Positions 41,451-51,655 of a stretch of 64,000 nt of DNA are shown in pieces. The translations under genes were made by a program, and so were the position numbers. Source of the DNA: Candidatus Latescibacterota bacterium (GTDB lineage: Bacteria > Latescibacterota > UBA2968); the NCBI GenBank assembly GCA_965208125.1, contig OZ242320.1, forward strand, positions 768,001-832,000, read 5' to 3'. The notes beneath the pieces were generated by a model that saw only the letters and a program-made list of their open reading frames with translations, did no database searches and was not told where the DNA came from. Numbering within the stretch: position 1 is the first letter of the stretch; the number at the start of each line of letters is the position of its first letter.

Positions 41451-42344
41451 TCATACAACCTCCTTTTCAAGCTCTGCCAAACGCGCCTTCTGCTCCACCA
41501 GCATGCGCTCTCGCTCGCGGCGGAACTCCGTATAATACCGCTCTCGCTTGCCCGTAATGCGGTAATCCAATCGCTCGACACCCAGCGCCCTCAACACCAC
41601 TCTCTCCACCAGTGAAAAATCATCGGGATCCTCGCGGTTAAAATTCATAGGCTCTTTAAATGCAACCGGAGGATTCGTAATAAACCGAGGACGCCCCGAA
41701 GGATTTGGCGCAGCAGAATGCAACATATACGGATGAATCAGATACACATCGCCCGCATTACCCGTCGCCTCGACAAACTCCTCACATCCCTCAATCATCT
41801 TCCCAAACGAACCCGTCGGTTCCAGCCCCTCGGGATGATCGTACAAAAACCGCGCAACTTTTGGAATCGAATCCGGCGCAAGATACGTACCGCCGCTATT
41901 GGGCAACACATCATCCCAAACCACCACCGTCAACAAACCCTGCTCTGGGCTATCCAGAAAATGCCGAAAAAAATTGCCATCCTTGTGCCATCCCCTGTGC
42001 TTTGCCGACGGAACATAGGGATCATCGGCATCTTTGTGAAAATTGATAATAAACCCATCCCCCCACGAAGGCTCACCCTCGATGCGCTCTGCCCCGCCCA
42101 TCACATCGCATATCCCATCCCATGCCTTTGGCGCGAGATCGGCAACTGCCCGCCGGTTCATCGACGGCATGTGAATGCGATCCTCCACCCAGGTCGTGGG
42201 ATCATCCCTGTCATACCCCAACCGCAGATATGCCAGATCGAGCCAATCCTGAATCTCCGCCTTCTCAAAACACCCCTCTATCTTCACATATCCCTTCTCC
42301 ACAAAATGCGCTGCCTGCGCGTCTGTCAATACCTTGAATGTCAC
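41451..42344 (-). CDS. PhyH-family dioxygenase
   Basis: EKGY, WHKDG, AGDVYLIHP.MLHS, R.ITNP. Confidence 0.85.
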   Translation of the reverse strand: MTFKVLTDAQAAHFVEKGYVKIEGCFEKAEIQDWLDLAYLRLGYDRDDPTTWVEDRIHMPSMNRRAVADLAPKAWDGICDVMGGAERIEGEPSWGDGFIINFHKDADDPYVPSAKHRGWHKDGNFFRHFLDSPEQGLLTVVVWDDVLPNSGGTYLAPDSIPKVARFLYDHPEGLEPTGSFGKMIEGCEEFVEATGNAGDVYLIHPYMLHSAAPNPSGRPRFITNPPVAFKEPMNFNREDPDDFSLVERVVLRALGVERLDYRITGKRERYYTEFRRERERMLVEQKARLAELEKEVV

Positions 42345-42363
42345 ATCAACCTCCTGTGCAAAT

Positions 42364-42389
42364 GGGCGGGTTGGGAAACCCGCCCCTAC
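42364..42389. repeat. REP-like palindrome (GTAG type)
   Basis: gggcgggtt-ggga-aacccgccc-CTAC. Confidence 0.7.
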
Positions 42390-43306
42390 TGAACCTTCAG
42401 ATGCTTAAAAAAGAACGCCAGCATCGCCTGATTCACATTCCCCGGCGGTGGCGATCCCATCTTCGGCAAATACATCTCCACCTCAACACCCACTTCATCG
42501 CACCGTTCTTTGATCGCAATTGCATGTTTGGGATGATGAACATAATGACCGCGATTTTGGGGCACCCCACCCCTTTGACTACAAAACAAAAACACAGGAG
42601 GGTCATCTTTTGTAATCAACCCGCGCATATCCACATCCGCCCGAATCTGTTTGCCCTTTTCGGTCTCAGTTTCATCAAACGTAGCCAGGCCGTAAAACGA
42701 GACATTCCTGGAATAAAAATTCTCAGCAGGCAAACCGAGCACAGACTCCCATTGTAAAAAATCATAGGAAAACTGACCATTGAGAAACCCCGCCGCCACA
42801 ATGCGCGAAGACTGGCGAAGCACGGGATCTTCACTATCGGGATCGGCCAGATCATCGTGAAAAGCCAGCCAAATCGAAGTCCCCGCACCGGCAGATCCGC
42901 CATAAGAAGCGATGCGTTTGGGATCGACGTGCCACGCTTCGGCATTGTATCTGATAAACTGCACCGCACGCGCCGCATCGCGCAAAATATCCTGTATGGG
43001 CGCAGTATTTTTAAACCTGTAATGAATCGCCGCAAATGAAACGCCCTTTTCCAAACAAGTCTCAACAACCACATTGCCGCGAACACGCCTTTTATTACCA
43101 CTGGCAAACCCACCCCCGTGAATAAAAATCAAAACAGGTGCTGGTACATCCGACTCTGCCCTCCAAAAATCCAGCACATTGCGCTCATAAGGTCCATACG
43201 CCACATTCTCAAGCGTGGGCGGCGTCCCTTTTCTCTCAGCCTCCTGAGCATATACACCTGTTGCCCCGATTAAAATGAAGCATAAAATCCATCTCCCAAC
43301 GCGCAT
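42386..43306 (-). CDS. Secreted alpha/beta hydrolase (HSL/BD-FAE-like esterase)
   Basis: Signal peptide, IHGGGF oxyanion motif, GGSAG nucleophile. Confidence 0.88.
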   Translation of the reverse strand: MRVGRWILCFILIGATGVYAQEAERKGTPPTLENVAYGPYERNVLDFWRAESDVPAPVLIFIHGGGFASGNKRRVRGNVVVETCLEKGVSFAAIHYRFKNTAPIQDILRDAARAVQFIRYNAEAWHVDPKRIASYGGSAGAGTSIWLAFHDDLADPDSEDPVLRQSSRIVAAGFLNGQFSYDFLQWESVLGLPAENFYSRNVSFYGLATFDETETEKGKQIRADVDMRGLITKDDPPVFLFCSQRGGVPQNRGHYVHHPKHAIAIKERCDEVGVEVEMYLPKMGSPPPGNVNQAMLAFFFKHLKVQ

Positions 43307-43321
43307 TGCTTCCTCCTGTTC

Positions 43322-44158
43322 TTAAACCTCAACCGTCCATGGAACCTGCTCCAGCGTCACCCCGTGTTCCTCTGCCCAATCAGTGAGCGGATACGTATTT
43401 GCCCTCGCGCTCAAGTTGGGATTATCACTCAACGGCACATCCAGAAGTTGCTTCTCAGTATCGCTCAAATCTGCGATCACGTCATCATCTAAATTCTCCA
43501 AATAAAAACCATTCCGAATCCACTTATAACTGTACCCAAAAATAACCACCCTGGACGTGCGACCGCTCAAATTTGGCGACTTCGTGTGAAAAATGCGATT
43601 CTCAAAAAACAGCGCATCGCCCGCCTTACACACCGGCTGCACCACCTCGGGCGGATCGACTTCTCCCCTCGGAATACCCAGCGGTTCATTGAGCACATGG
43701 CTTCTCCTCGCAAACCGCGTAATCCCCGAATCCGGTCCCGGGAAATCCGTCAAACAATAACACACCTTAATCCCCACACGCGGCTGATACGCATGCCCGA
43801 CCTCCTGCGTAATCCCAATATCCCGATGCCAGCTACGCATCGGCTCCGTCGTCTCGGCATCCTCTGGGTCCTTGTAAATAATCGCCGTATTCTGCAAATG
43901 AATATCTGGACTCAAAAGCTGAATCACCAGAGGCACCGTCCCCGAATGCGCAATCAAAGAGCGAAATACAGGCTCCTCCACAATCCCATCTCGAAACTGC
44001 TTGTACGCCCTTCCCCTATCATCATAAGACGCCATCATCGCATCACACGCCTCCGTCAACCGCACAATTTCCTCAGCCCCCAGAACATCCTCCACCACCA
44101 GATACCCTTCCGCATGAAAAAAATCCCGCTGTTCATCGCTCAATTTCACAAAATCCAT
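43322..44158 (-). CDS. PhyH-family dioxygenase
   Basis: AEGYL, WHRD, GDALFFENRIFH, GYSYKW. Confidence 0.87.
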   Translation of the reverse strand: MDFVKLSDEQRDFFHAEGYLVVEDVLGAEEIVRLTEACDAMMASYDDRGRAYKQFRDGIVEEPVFRSLIAHSGTVPLVIQLLSPDIHLQNTAIIYKDPEDAETTEPMRSWHRDIGITQEVGHAYQPRVGIKVCYCLTDFPGPDSGITRFARRSHVLNEPLGIPRGEVDPPEVVQPVCKAGDALFFENRIFHTKSPNLSGRTSRVVIFGYSYKWIRNGFYLENLDDDVIADLSDTEKQLLDVPLSDNPNLSARANTYPLTDWAEEHGVTLEQVPWTVEV

Positions 44159-44192
44159 GACAATCCTCCTTCATACTACGCCTCGCCGATGG

Positions 44193-44222
44193 GTACGGGC
44201 GACCACAAGGGATCGCCCCTAC
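44193..44222. repeat. REP-like palindrome
   Basis: gtacgggcgaccacaagggatcgcccCTAC, nearly identical to 56377-56406. Confidence 0.7.
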
Positions 44223-44234
44223 AACATCTGCGGA

Positions 44235-44975
44235 TCACACTTCCCAATATTCCCACATATCATCCGGCGTCTCAAACTGCAACAGATCCCAATTTTTTGT
44301 ACTCATGCGACTCACCAGTGCCATCCGTATCTGATCGCTACAATTCGACGTACCGCTGTGAACCATATACCCGTGCCATATACACGCAGTACCTGCTCGC
44401 CCGACCAACTCAACAGGTTCATTCAGATCAAAAATGCGGCCCATATCGCGCTCGACAATGCCGCCGGGATGATGCATATTGAGACCCAGCAGGGAATGCG
44501 ACTTGAAAAATTCTGCCACCGTCTTATGACTACCGGGCCACAGTGTAAAACCGCCGCCACGCGGCACCACATCACTGAGATAAACCGTCACACCAATCGT
44601 AAACCCCACGGTTGCACGCTCGCTCTTGTTATAACCATCCAGATGTGGCAACTTGATCGCCCACTCATCACTGCCACTGGGATACACCAGAATAGTCGAA
44701 GGATCTGCATCATCACTCAAATCGCCAGCCAGTTCCCTGCACATCGCAAACAAATCCGTTTCGTAAAGCGTCGCGCGAATCGCCGGATGATCCCAACAAT
44801 CTGGACTCCGCGGCCCGGCATCTATCCAGGTCTGTGGATCATCGCGATCTGCCTCAATATAAGTCCAAAGTGTATCGACCGCCCGTTGAATTTGCCCCTC
44901 ACTCAACATATTGTGTCGAATGAGATAGCCATTTTCTTTAAAAAAAGTTTTATCTTTAGCTGTTAAAAGTGACAT
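44235..44975 (-). CDS. PhyH-family dioxygenase
   Basis: ENGYL, PHLDG, WPGSH, WH..VHS. Shares C-terminal LQFETPDDMWEYWE with the 39097 gene. Confidence 0.87.
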   Translation of the reverse strand: MSLLTAKDKTFFKENGYLIRHNMLSEGQIQRAVDTLWTYIEADRDDPQTWIDAGPRSPDCWDHPAIRATLYETDLFAMCRELAGDLSDDADPSTILVYPSGSDEWAIKLPHLDGYNKSERATVGFTIGVTVYLSDVVPRGGGFTLWPGSHKTVAEFFKSHSLLGLNMHHPGGIVERDMGRIFDLNEPVELVGRAGTACIWHGYMVHSGTSNCSDQIRMALVSRMSTKNWDLLQFETPDDMWEYWEV

Positions 44976-44999
44976 ACCAACCCCTTACGGAGACTCACA

Positions 45000-46319
45000 A
45001 TGACCAGACAACCCAACATCCTCTTTTCTATGTGCGACGACCAGCGACACGACTGCATGGGATGTGCAGGACATCCCTTCATCGACACACCTGCTATGGA
45101 CCGCCTCGCCCGTGAAGGCATCCGCTTTGCCAATGGCTTCACCGCCATACCCCTTTGCGCGCCCAGCCGAGCCAGCCATCTTTCCGGTGTTTATGCTCAC
45201 ACCCACCGGGCAGCGCACAACCGCGCGCCGATACGCCCCGACCTCGCAACCTGGCCCGAACAATTACAAAAAGCGGGATATCGCACGGGCTTCTTTGGAA
45301 AAATACACTACGGAACCGAAGGCATTGACCTGCCCGGCGGCGATCCCAAACCCGGATTTGAGCGCTGGGTCAGCTTTCGCGGTCAGGGTGACTATGAAAA
45401 CCCCATCTTTATCATCGACGGAGAACAAGTCAAACACCAGGGATACAACACCGACCTCCTCGCCGATTACGTCGAACAATTTCTCGACCAAAACGACGAC
45501 CGCCCCTGGGCAATCTGCCTGTGGTACAAAGCCCCTCATGGCCCCTTCACCCCACCGCCGCGTCATGCCCATGCCTATTCCGACGACGAACTACCCAAAC
45601 CCAACGCCCTGGGCGCATCTCGCGACGGCAAAGCCAGAACCCTTCGCGACCGTCCTTACAACTTCGAAGACAACGAACGCTACGACACCTTTATGCGCAA
45701 CTACGTACGCACTGTGCGCGGTGTAGATGATGCCCTGAGCCGGATACTCGACAAAATCGACGCCATTGGACAAACCAACAACACACTCGTCGTACACACC
45801 AGCGACCACGGCTACTTCCACGGCGAATTTGGCCTCGGCGACAAACGCTGGATGTATGACCCATCCATTCGCGTGCCCTATCTCATGCGATATCCCGACC
45901 TCATCGCCAACCCCGGGCGCGTAGAACACACCGACGTAATCAGCCTCGACATCCCGGCAACCATCATGGACGTATCCGGCCTGGGCGTACCCCACCACTA
46001 CCACGGCCACTCCCTGCGGCCACTTCTGACCGACGAAGGAGAATTACCTCGAGAAGACCTCTTCTTCGAATACTTCGAAGACCCGCCTTATCCGTATTTT
46101 CCAACAATGGTCTGCTTGAGAACCCAAACCGAAAAACTCATCCACTACATCCGCGAAGGCGAAGGCGACGAATATTACGACCTCGTCAACGACCCCCACG
46201 AATACACCAACGCCATCGCCGATCCCGCTTATGCCCATCGCGTGGCCGACATGCAAAAACGGCTTTCAGACGCCCAGGAACGCTTCGAATTCACCGTTCC
46301 AGACCTGTCGGGCCAGTAG
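45000..46319 (+). CDS. Sulfatase (Cys-type, N-acetylglucosamine-6-sulfatase-like)
   Basis: PNILF..DDQR, CAPSR, KAPH, SDHG..GEFGL.DKR. Confidence 0.92.
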   Translation: MTRQPNILFSMCDDQRHDCMGCAGHPFIDTPAMDRLAREGIRFANGFTAIPLCAPSRASHLSGVYAHTHRAAHNRAPIRPDLATWPEQLQKAGYRTGFFGKIHYGTEGIDLPGGDPKPGFERWVSFRGQGDYENPIFIIDGEQVKHQGYNTDLLADYVEQFLDQNDDRPWAICLWYKAPHGPFTPPPRHAHAYSDDELPKPNALGASRDGKARTLRDRPYNFEDNERYDTFMRNYVRTVRGVDDALSRILDKIDAIGQTNNTLVVHTSDHGYFHGEFGLGDKRWMYDPSIRVPYLMRYPDLIANPGRVEHTDVISLDIPATIMDVSGLGVPHHYHGHSLRPLLTDEGELPREDLFFEYFEDPPYPYFPTMVCLRTQTEKLIHYIREGEGDEYYDLVNDPHEYTNAIADPAYAHRVADMQKRLSDAQERFEFTVPDLSGQ

Positions 46320-46342
46320 GCGGGTTTAAAACCCGCCCCTAC
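46316..46342. repeat. REP-like palindrome
   Basis: GTAG-gcgggtttaaaacccgccc-CTAC, overlapping the TAG stop. Confidence 0.7.
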
Positions 46343-46357
46343 AGAAAAGGAACACAC

Positions 46358-47857
46358 ATGGCAAAACAACCCAACCTCTTACTAATCACAACAGACACCC
46401 AGCGCTGTGACACCCTCAACTGCATGGGCAGTCCATTCGCACATTCACCCCATACAGATCGCCTCGCAGCCGAAGGCGTCATGTTCACACAGGGACACAC
46501 GCCCTCACCCGTATGCAACCCCTCGCGCAGCAGCCTCATCACCGGCCTGCACACCCCCATACACGGCGTATGGGAAAACGGCATGACCCGCCTCACCCAC
46601 TTCCCAACCCTGCCCGACCTCCTCAAAGAACAGGGATACACCAACATCATGGTCGGCAAACAACACTTTGGACAAACCCCCGACACTTTTGACATCATCA
46701 TCGGCCAGGACGACTACAGAAAATACATCCCAAAGTATGGATTCACACCCCAGGACTGCCACAAACAACCCACACCCGTACCCGAAGAACACTTCCTCGA
46801 CACTTTTTTCGCCAAACAAACCATCGAACAAATCGATCAGGTCGTCAAGAGCGATTCGGGTCCCTTTTTCGCCTTCTGCTCATTCCCGGCACCACATCCA
46901 CCCGAATGTCCACCGGGCGACTGGCTCACCTTTTACGACAACTGCGACAACCTGCCCGACCTCAATTACACCCACCGCGAAGAACAAAATCAGCCCGCAC
47001 ACACCAAACGCCTGCTCGGCATCAAACCCGAAAACGAATGCCATCCGGGCGAAGACCCAAACACCATCAAATACTGGCGAGAAGCCATTGGCCGCATCTA
47101 CGACCCGCAATACCGCGACACCATCATGGAACTCCGCAAAATCTATTATGCGTATGCCGCGTACTGCGATGCCCTGCTCGGTCGCATCCTGGACTACCTC
47201 GACCAGAATAACCTCCGGGAAAACACCCTGATCATCTTCACATCCGATCACGGGCAACAATTCTTCGACCACGGCTTTAACGACAAACACAACTTCTACG
47301 ACGAATCCTGGCGCGTCCCCTTTATCATGAGCATGCCAGGCACCCTTCCGCAAGGAGAAACGCGAGACTTCGCCATCTGGAACGACATCACCACCACCCT
47401 CCTCGCGGCTGCCGGCACCGAATGCCCCTCCATGCAGGGATTCGACCTCTTCACCCCACTCGCCAGAGGCGAACAATCCCCCCGTCGCTGTGCCGTTGCC
47501 ACCCTCTACAAATCCTGCGCCGTCGCCACAAAACGCTGGAAACTCGATTACTTTTTTGAAGAAGATGAAGGCCGTCTATTTGACCGCATCAACGACCCCC
47601 AGGAACAAAACGACCTCTACCACCATCCGGACCATCTCGAAATCCGCAACGAACTGCGCCACGCCCTCTTATCCTGGCGCAGCGACATCGCCGACCTCAA
47701 AACAGTACTGGAAGGCACAACCAAAAACAGAGGACCAAACGCCCGGGAATACACCATCGTAGCCCCTCGCATAGCCCCACACACCCATAAAATGCGCGGT
47801 ACCGATGCCGAACAGCGCCTGAATGAAAAATGTGAACGGATAGACGAGATGAGGTAA
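46358..47857 (+). CDS. Sulfatase (Cys-type)
   Basis: PNLLLITTD, CNPSR, GKQH, PHPP, SDHG. Confidence 0.92.
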   Translation: MAKQPNLLLITTDTQRCDTLNCMGSPFAHSPHTDRLAAEGVMFTQGHTPSPVCNPSRSSLITGLHTPIHGVWENGMTRLTHFPTLPDLLKEQGYTNIMVGKQHFGQTPDTFDIIIGQDDYRKYIPKYGFTPQDCHKQPTPVPEEHFLDTFFAKQTIEQIDQVVKSDSGPFFAFCSFPAPHPPECPPGDWLTFYDNCDNLPDLNYTHREEQNQPAHTKRLLGIKPENECHPGEDPNTIKYWREAIGRIYDPQYRDTIMELRKIYYAYAAYCDALLGRILDYLDQNNLRENTLIIFTSDHGQQFFDHGFNDKHNFYDESWRVPFIMSMPGTLPQGETRDFAIWNDITTTLLAAAGTECPSMQGFDLFTPLARGEQSPRRCAVATLYKSCAVATKRWKLDYFFEEDEGRLFDRINDPQEQNDLYHHPDHLEIRNELRHALLSWRSDIADLKTVLEGTTKNRGPNAREYTIVAPRIAPHTHKMRGTDAEQRLNEKCERIDEMR

Positions 47858-47866
47858 ACCAAACGC

Positions 47867-47905
47867 AAAAGACTCGAGTGCCCGCCTTCGGCACCCGAGT
47901 CTTTT
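47867..47905. terminator. Bidirectional terminator hairpin
   Basis: aaaagactcgagtgcc-cgccttc-ggcacccgagtctttt between convergent genes. Confidence 0.75.
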
Positions 47906-47927
47906 CACTTAAAACCAGCGCATCGAT

Positions 47928-49718
47928 CTACCGGTATTGAAACTCCGGCGATCCGATCAACATACTCACCACCTGTATATCTTTGCGCCTGGCATCTGCG
48001 GGAATCATCTCTTTGACCTCTGATGCAATAGCACTGGTATCCTGTGCCGGCAACAGCAACTTGCTATACATCGCCAATGCCTCTTCAGTCGTTGGCGTAT
48101 GCTCGCTCTGCCTGGGCAACTGCTTCAGTACAACCCCCCCAATCCTGCCCATCGCCAGACGCACGCCAAAATTCAATCGCGCAATCAGCGTACCCGAATT
48201 TGCCCACGACTCGGCATAATCCGGAAAACCCGTGGGCGGCTCATAACCATACAGCGGCTCGCCCATGCGGTAAAACCAGCCCATCAGCGGCTGTGGATTC
48301 CGTACATCGGCTTCCAATGCGCGAAGAGAACTCACCACCAATTCTAACGGCGATTTCATCTTGCTGCGCTTCTTCGCCTCTGCCCAAAACTCTCGAGACT
48401 GCGCCAGCGTAGCCATCACAGCAGCGATATCCCCATCCGTCTTACTAAATGTCTTCGCCATCCGCTTGACCAGTGCCTCGGGCGGACTGTCGTTCACAAA
48501 CCGACGCGCCAGCTTCGTAGAAATAAAATGTGCGGTTGAAGGGTGTTTGGTCAGCATATCCAGAACGCGCTCGCCCTCTTCTATGCCACCACCTGCAGGG
48601 AACTTCTCACCCAACACCACCTTGGCCTTTTTATCGTGCCAGGCATTGCGGAACAAAAATTCACCCTGGCGAACGAGATTCTTATTGCCATTGGCAATTG
48701 CCCTATCGGTATTCTTGCGCCCATTGCCATAAGGCATCGCAGTCCACCCCGTCAACACCCGCGCAACCTCTGTAACATCACGCTGCGTGTATCCACCATC
48801 CACACCCAGGGTATGCAACTCCATCAACTCACGGGCATAATTCTCATTCAAACCGTACTTGCGTCTTGGAGGCGTCTTCGGCTTCGCAACAGGCTTCGGC
48901 GGAGCCTTCGCCATCTCGCCACCCATCATACCGCCATCCATACCGCCATCCATACCCATCTCACCCGATGCCATATCCTTCTTTGGCTCAGGCCTGGGTT
49001 GATTCTGCTGCTGTGGCGTCGCCATACGCGACTGTGCATTATCCAGATAGTGCAACATCGCCGGATGCTTTGCCGTCGCGCCCAAAATCACGCGGAACTT
49101 GCCCAGCACATTGGGACGAATTGCATCGCGCTCATAGGTAAGCACGCGACTGCGCGCGCCCCCGTCGCGCGTGGTCACATTGAAATGATTGAACCAGAAA
49201 TCCGTCAACACTTCGGCGAGCTGGTTCTCGCTATACACCGCCCGCATCAGCTTCTGACTCCGAAGCTCCTGATTAAAAAGCGCGCCATAGGGACGCAACC
49301 CGTGCTTCTCGCGATACGCTTTCATCTTTTCCCGCATCTCTTTGAGAGGCGTCGTCGCCGGGTCCATCACCCCTTCTCTTTTCATCTGATTGCGAAGTTG
49401 ACCATCTGGCATATAGATCTCGGCTATTTGTAACTGCGTCATTTTCAACGCCGGATACGCTTCCAATCGCCTGTCCAACTCAGCATCCGGCAAATTGCCA
49501 GCCAACTGCTGAGCCAGCCACTTCTCTGGACCCATCTTTGCCACTTTTTCCACTTCACCGGGCCGCGCACCAAAGGCAAAACGCTCTAAGAGATACGCCG
49601 CTGCCTGCTCCTTACTCAGCCCCTCTTTTTTGTAGGGCAATTTCAACCCGGCATCCGCCGAAGTGCCTGCAAGCAAGGCACCACAGCACAAAACAATAAG
49701 TGAAAAACGAAATATCAT
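47928..49718 (-). CDS. DUF1800 family protein (copy C)
   Basis: Signal peptide, R..FGARPG, FWFNHFNV, AML.YLDN, NENYARELMELHTLG, SPEFQYR. Confidence 0.92.
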   Translation of the reverse strand: MIFRFSLIVLCCGALLAGTSADAGLKLPYKKEGLSKEQAAAYLLERFAFGARPGEVEKVAKMGPEKWLAQQLAGNLPDAELDRRLEAYPALKMTQLQIAEIYMPDGQLRNQMKREGVMDPATTPLKEMREKMKAYREKHGLRPYGALFNQELRSQKLMRAVYSENQLAEVLTDFWFNHFNVTTRDGGARSRVLTYERDAIRPNVLGKFRVILGATAKHPAMLHYLDNAQSRMATPQQQNQPRPEPKKDMASGEMGMDGGMDGGMMGGEMAKAPPKPVAKPKTPPRRKYGLNENYARELMELHTLGVDGGYTQRDVTEVARVLTGWTAMPYGNGRKNTDRAIANGNKNLVRQGEFLFRNAWHDKKAKVVLGEKFPAGGGIEEGERVLDMLTKHPSTAHFISTKLARRFVNDSPPEALVKRMAKTFSKTDGDIAAVMATLAQSREFWAEAKKRSKMKSPLELVVSSLRALEADVRNPQPLMGWFYRMGEPLYGYEPPTGFPDYAESWANSGTLIARLNFGVRLAMGRIGGVVLKQLPRQSEHTPTTEEALAMYSKLLLPAQDTSAIASEVKEMIPADARRKDIQVVSMLIGSPEFQYR

Positions 49719-49774
49719 TGCAAACCTCCTTAAAAAAATTTAAAAATATCCCCCTGGATATCCCATCCACCAGT

Positions 49775-51517
49775 TTATCGGTATTGAAACTCCGGCGACC
49801 CCAGCAGCATGCTGACCACCTGAACCTCTTTGCGTTTGGCATTATCTGGAATCGTCTCTTTCACCTCTGACGCAATAGCACTCGTATCCTGCGCTGGCAA
49901 CAGCAACTTGCTATACCTCGCCAGTGCCTCATCCGTTGTCAGACCAGCGCTATCCCGGGACAAGCGCTTCAATTCAATCCCTCTAATTTTGCCCGCAGCC
50001 AGATGAACGCCGAAATTCATTCGCGCAATCAGCGTACCCGCATTCGCCCACGACTCGGCATAATCCGGATAACCCGTAGGCGGCACATAACCATACAGCG
50101 GCTCACCCATGCGGTTAAACCAGCCCATCATCGGCTGTGGATTCTTCACATCGGCTTCCAACGCGCGAAGAGAACTCACCACCAGCTCAAATGGCGACTT
50201 CATCTTGCTGCGCTTCTTTGCCTCTGCCCAAAATTCCCTGGACTGTGCCAACGTAGCCACCACAGAAGCGATATCTCCATCCGTCTTGCTAAATGTCTTC
50301 GCCATCCGCTTGACCAGCGCCTCGGGAGGGCTATCGTTTATAAACCGACGCGCCAACTTCGTAGAAATAAAACGCGCGGTCGAAGGGTGTTCGGACAGCA
50401 TATCCAGAACGCGCTCGCCCTCTTCCATGCCACCACCTGCCGGGAACTTCTCACCCAACACCACTTTGGCATTTCTGTCGTGCCAGTCTCTGCGGAACAC
50501 AAATTCGCCCTCGCGAATGAGTTTTTTACTTCCTTTTGCGATTTGCTTCTCGAGATTTTTCCGCGCATTTTTATAAGGCATCGCAGCCCAACCTGTCAAC
50601 ACGCGCGCGACCTCGGTAACATCTCGCTGCGTGTATCCACCATCCACACCCAGCGTGTGCAACTCCATCAACTCGCGGGCGTAATTCTCATTCAAACCGT
50701 ACTTGCGTCTGCGTTGTGGAGGGGGCTGCGCCATAGCCTCACCGCCCATCATACCACCATCCATACCCATCTCGTCCGATGCCACCTTCTGCCTGGGTTG
50801 ATTTCGCTCCGATGGCGGTGCCATACGCGACTGTGTATTGTCCAGATAATACAACATCGCCGGATGCTTCGCCGTCGCACCCAAAATCACGCGGAACTTG
50901 CCCAGCACATTGGGACGAATTGCATCGCGCTCATAAGAGAGCACATAACCGCGCGCCCCACCATCGCGCGTGGTCACATTGAAATGATTAAACCAGAAAT
51001 CCGTCATCACCTCAGTGAGCTGGTTCTCGCTATACACCGCCCGCATCACTTTCTGGCTCTGAATTTCATGATTAAAAAGCGCGTTGTAAGAACGCAACCC
51101 GTGCTCCTTGCGATACGCCCTTATCTTCTGAAACATCTCTTTGCGATCCATCTTTGCGGGATCAACCGCGCCCTGTTTCTCCAGTATTCGGCGAATCCGC
51201 CCACTCTGCACATAAGTTTCAGACATTTCAAACTGCGTCATTTTCAACGCCGGATACGCTTCCAGGCGTTTGTCCAACTCAGCATCCGACAAATTGCCAG
51301 CCAACTGTTGAGCCAGCCACTTCTCGGGACCCATCTGCGCCACCTTTTCCACTTCACCTGGCCGCGCACCAAAGGCAAAACGCTCTAAGAGATACGCTGC
51401 AGCCTGCTCTTTGCTCAACCCCTCTGCCTTGTAGGGCAGTTGCAAATCGGCATTTGCCGGAGCCACCGCAAGCAGCGCACCACAGCACAAAACAACGAGT
51501 GAAAAACGCAATATCAT
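49775..51517 (-). CDS. DUF1800 family protein (copy B)
   Basis: Same motifs as copy C. GGAGG RBS before ATG 51517. Confidence 0.92.
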   Translation of the reverse strand: MILRFSLVVLCCGALLAVAPANADLQLPYKAEGLSKEQAAAYLLERFAFGARPGEVEKVAQMGPEKWLAQQLAGNLSDAELDKRLEAYPALKMTQFEMSETYVQSGRIRRILEKQGAVDPAKMDRKEMFQKIRAYRKEHGLRSYNALFNHEIQSQKVMRAVYSENQLTEVMTDFWFNHFNVTTRDGGARGYVLSYERDAIRPNVLGKFRVILGATAKHPAMLYYLDNTQSRMAPPSERNQPRQKVASDEMGMDGGMMGGEAMAQPPPQRRRKYGLNENYARELMELHTLGVDGGYTQRDVTEVARVLTGWAAMPYKNARKNLEKQIAKGSKKLIREGEFVFRRDWHDRNAKVVLGEKFPAGGGMEEGERVLDMLSEHPSTARFISTKLARRFINDSPPEALVKRMAKTFSKTDGDIASVVATLAQSREFWAEAKKRSKMKSPFELVVSSLRALEADVKNPQPMMGWFNRMGEPLYGYVPPTGYPDYAESWANAGTLIARMNFGVHLAAGKIRGIELKRLSRDSAGLTTDEALARYSKLLLPAQDTSAIASEVKETIPDNAKRKEVQVVSMLLGSPEFQYR

Positions 51518-51530
51518 TGGCAAACCTCCA

Positions 51531-51570
51531 CAAAAAAACTCGAGTGCCATACTTCGACACTCGAGTTTTT
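51531..51570 (-). terminator. Intrinsic terminator after DUF1501, abutting the RBS of DUF1800 copy B
   Basis: Minus strand aaaaaactcgagtgtcgaagtatggcactcgagttttttt, then gtGGAGG. Confidence 0.7.
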
Positions 51571-51655
51571 TCTTGCAGCGGTGTAAACTGCACACGCGCA
51601 ACACAACGTGTCAGTACAGCAGTTCAAATGAGTGGTCAATAATGACTTTACACCA

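Noticed and set aside
33691-44975. Secondary-metabolite biosynthetic cluster
   Set aside because: No scaffold-forming enzyme (NRPS, PKS, RiPP precursor, terpene synthase); the neighbours are catabolic.
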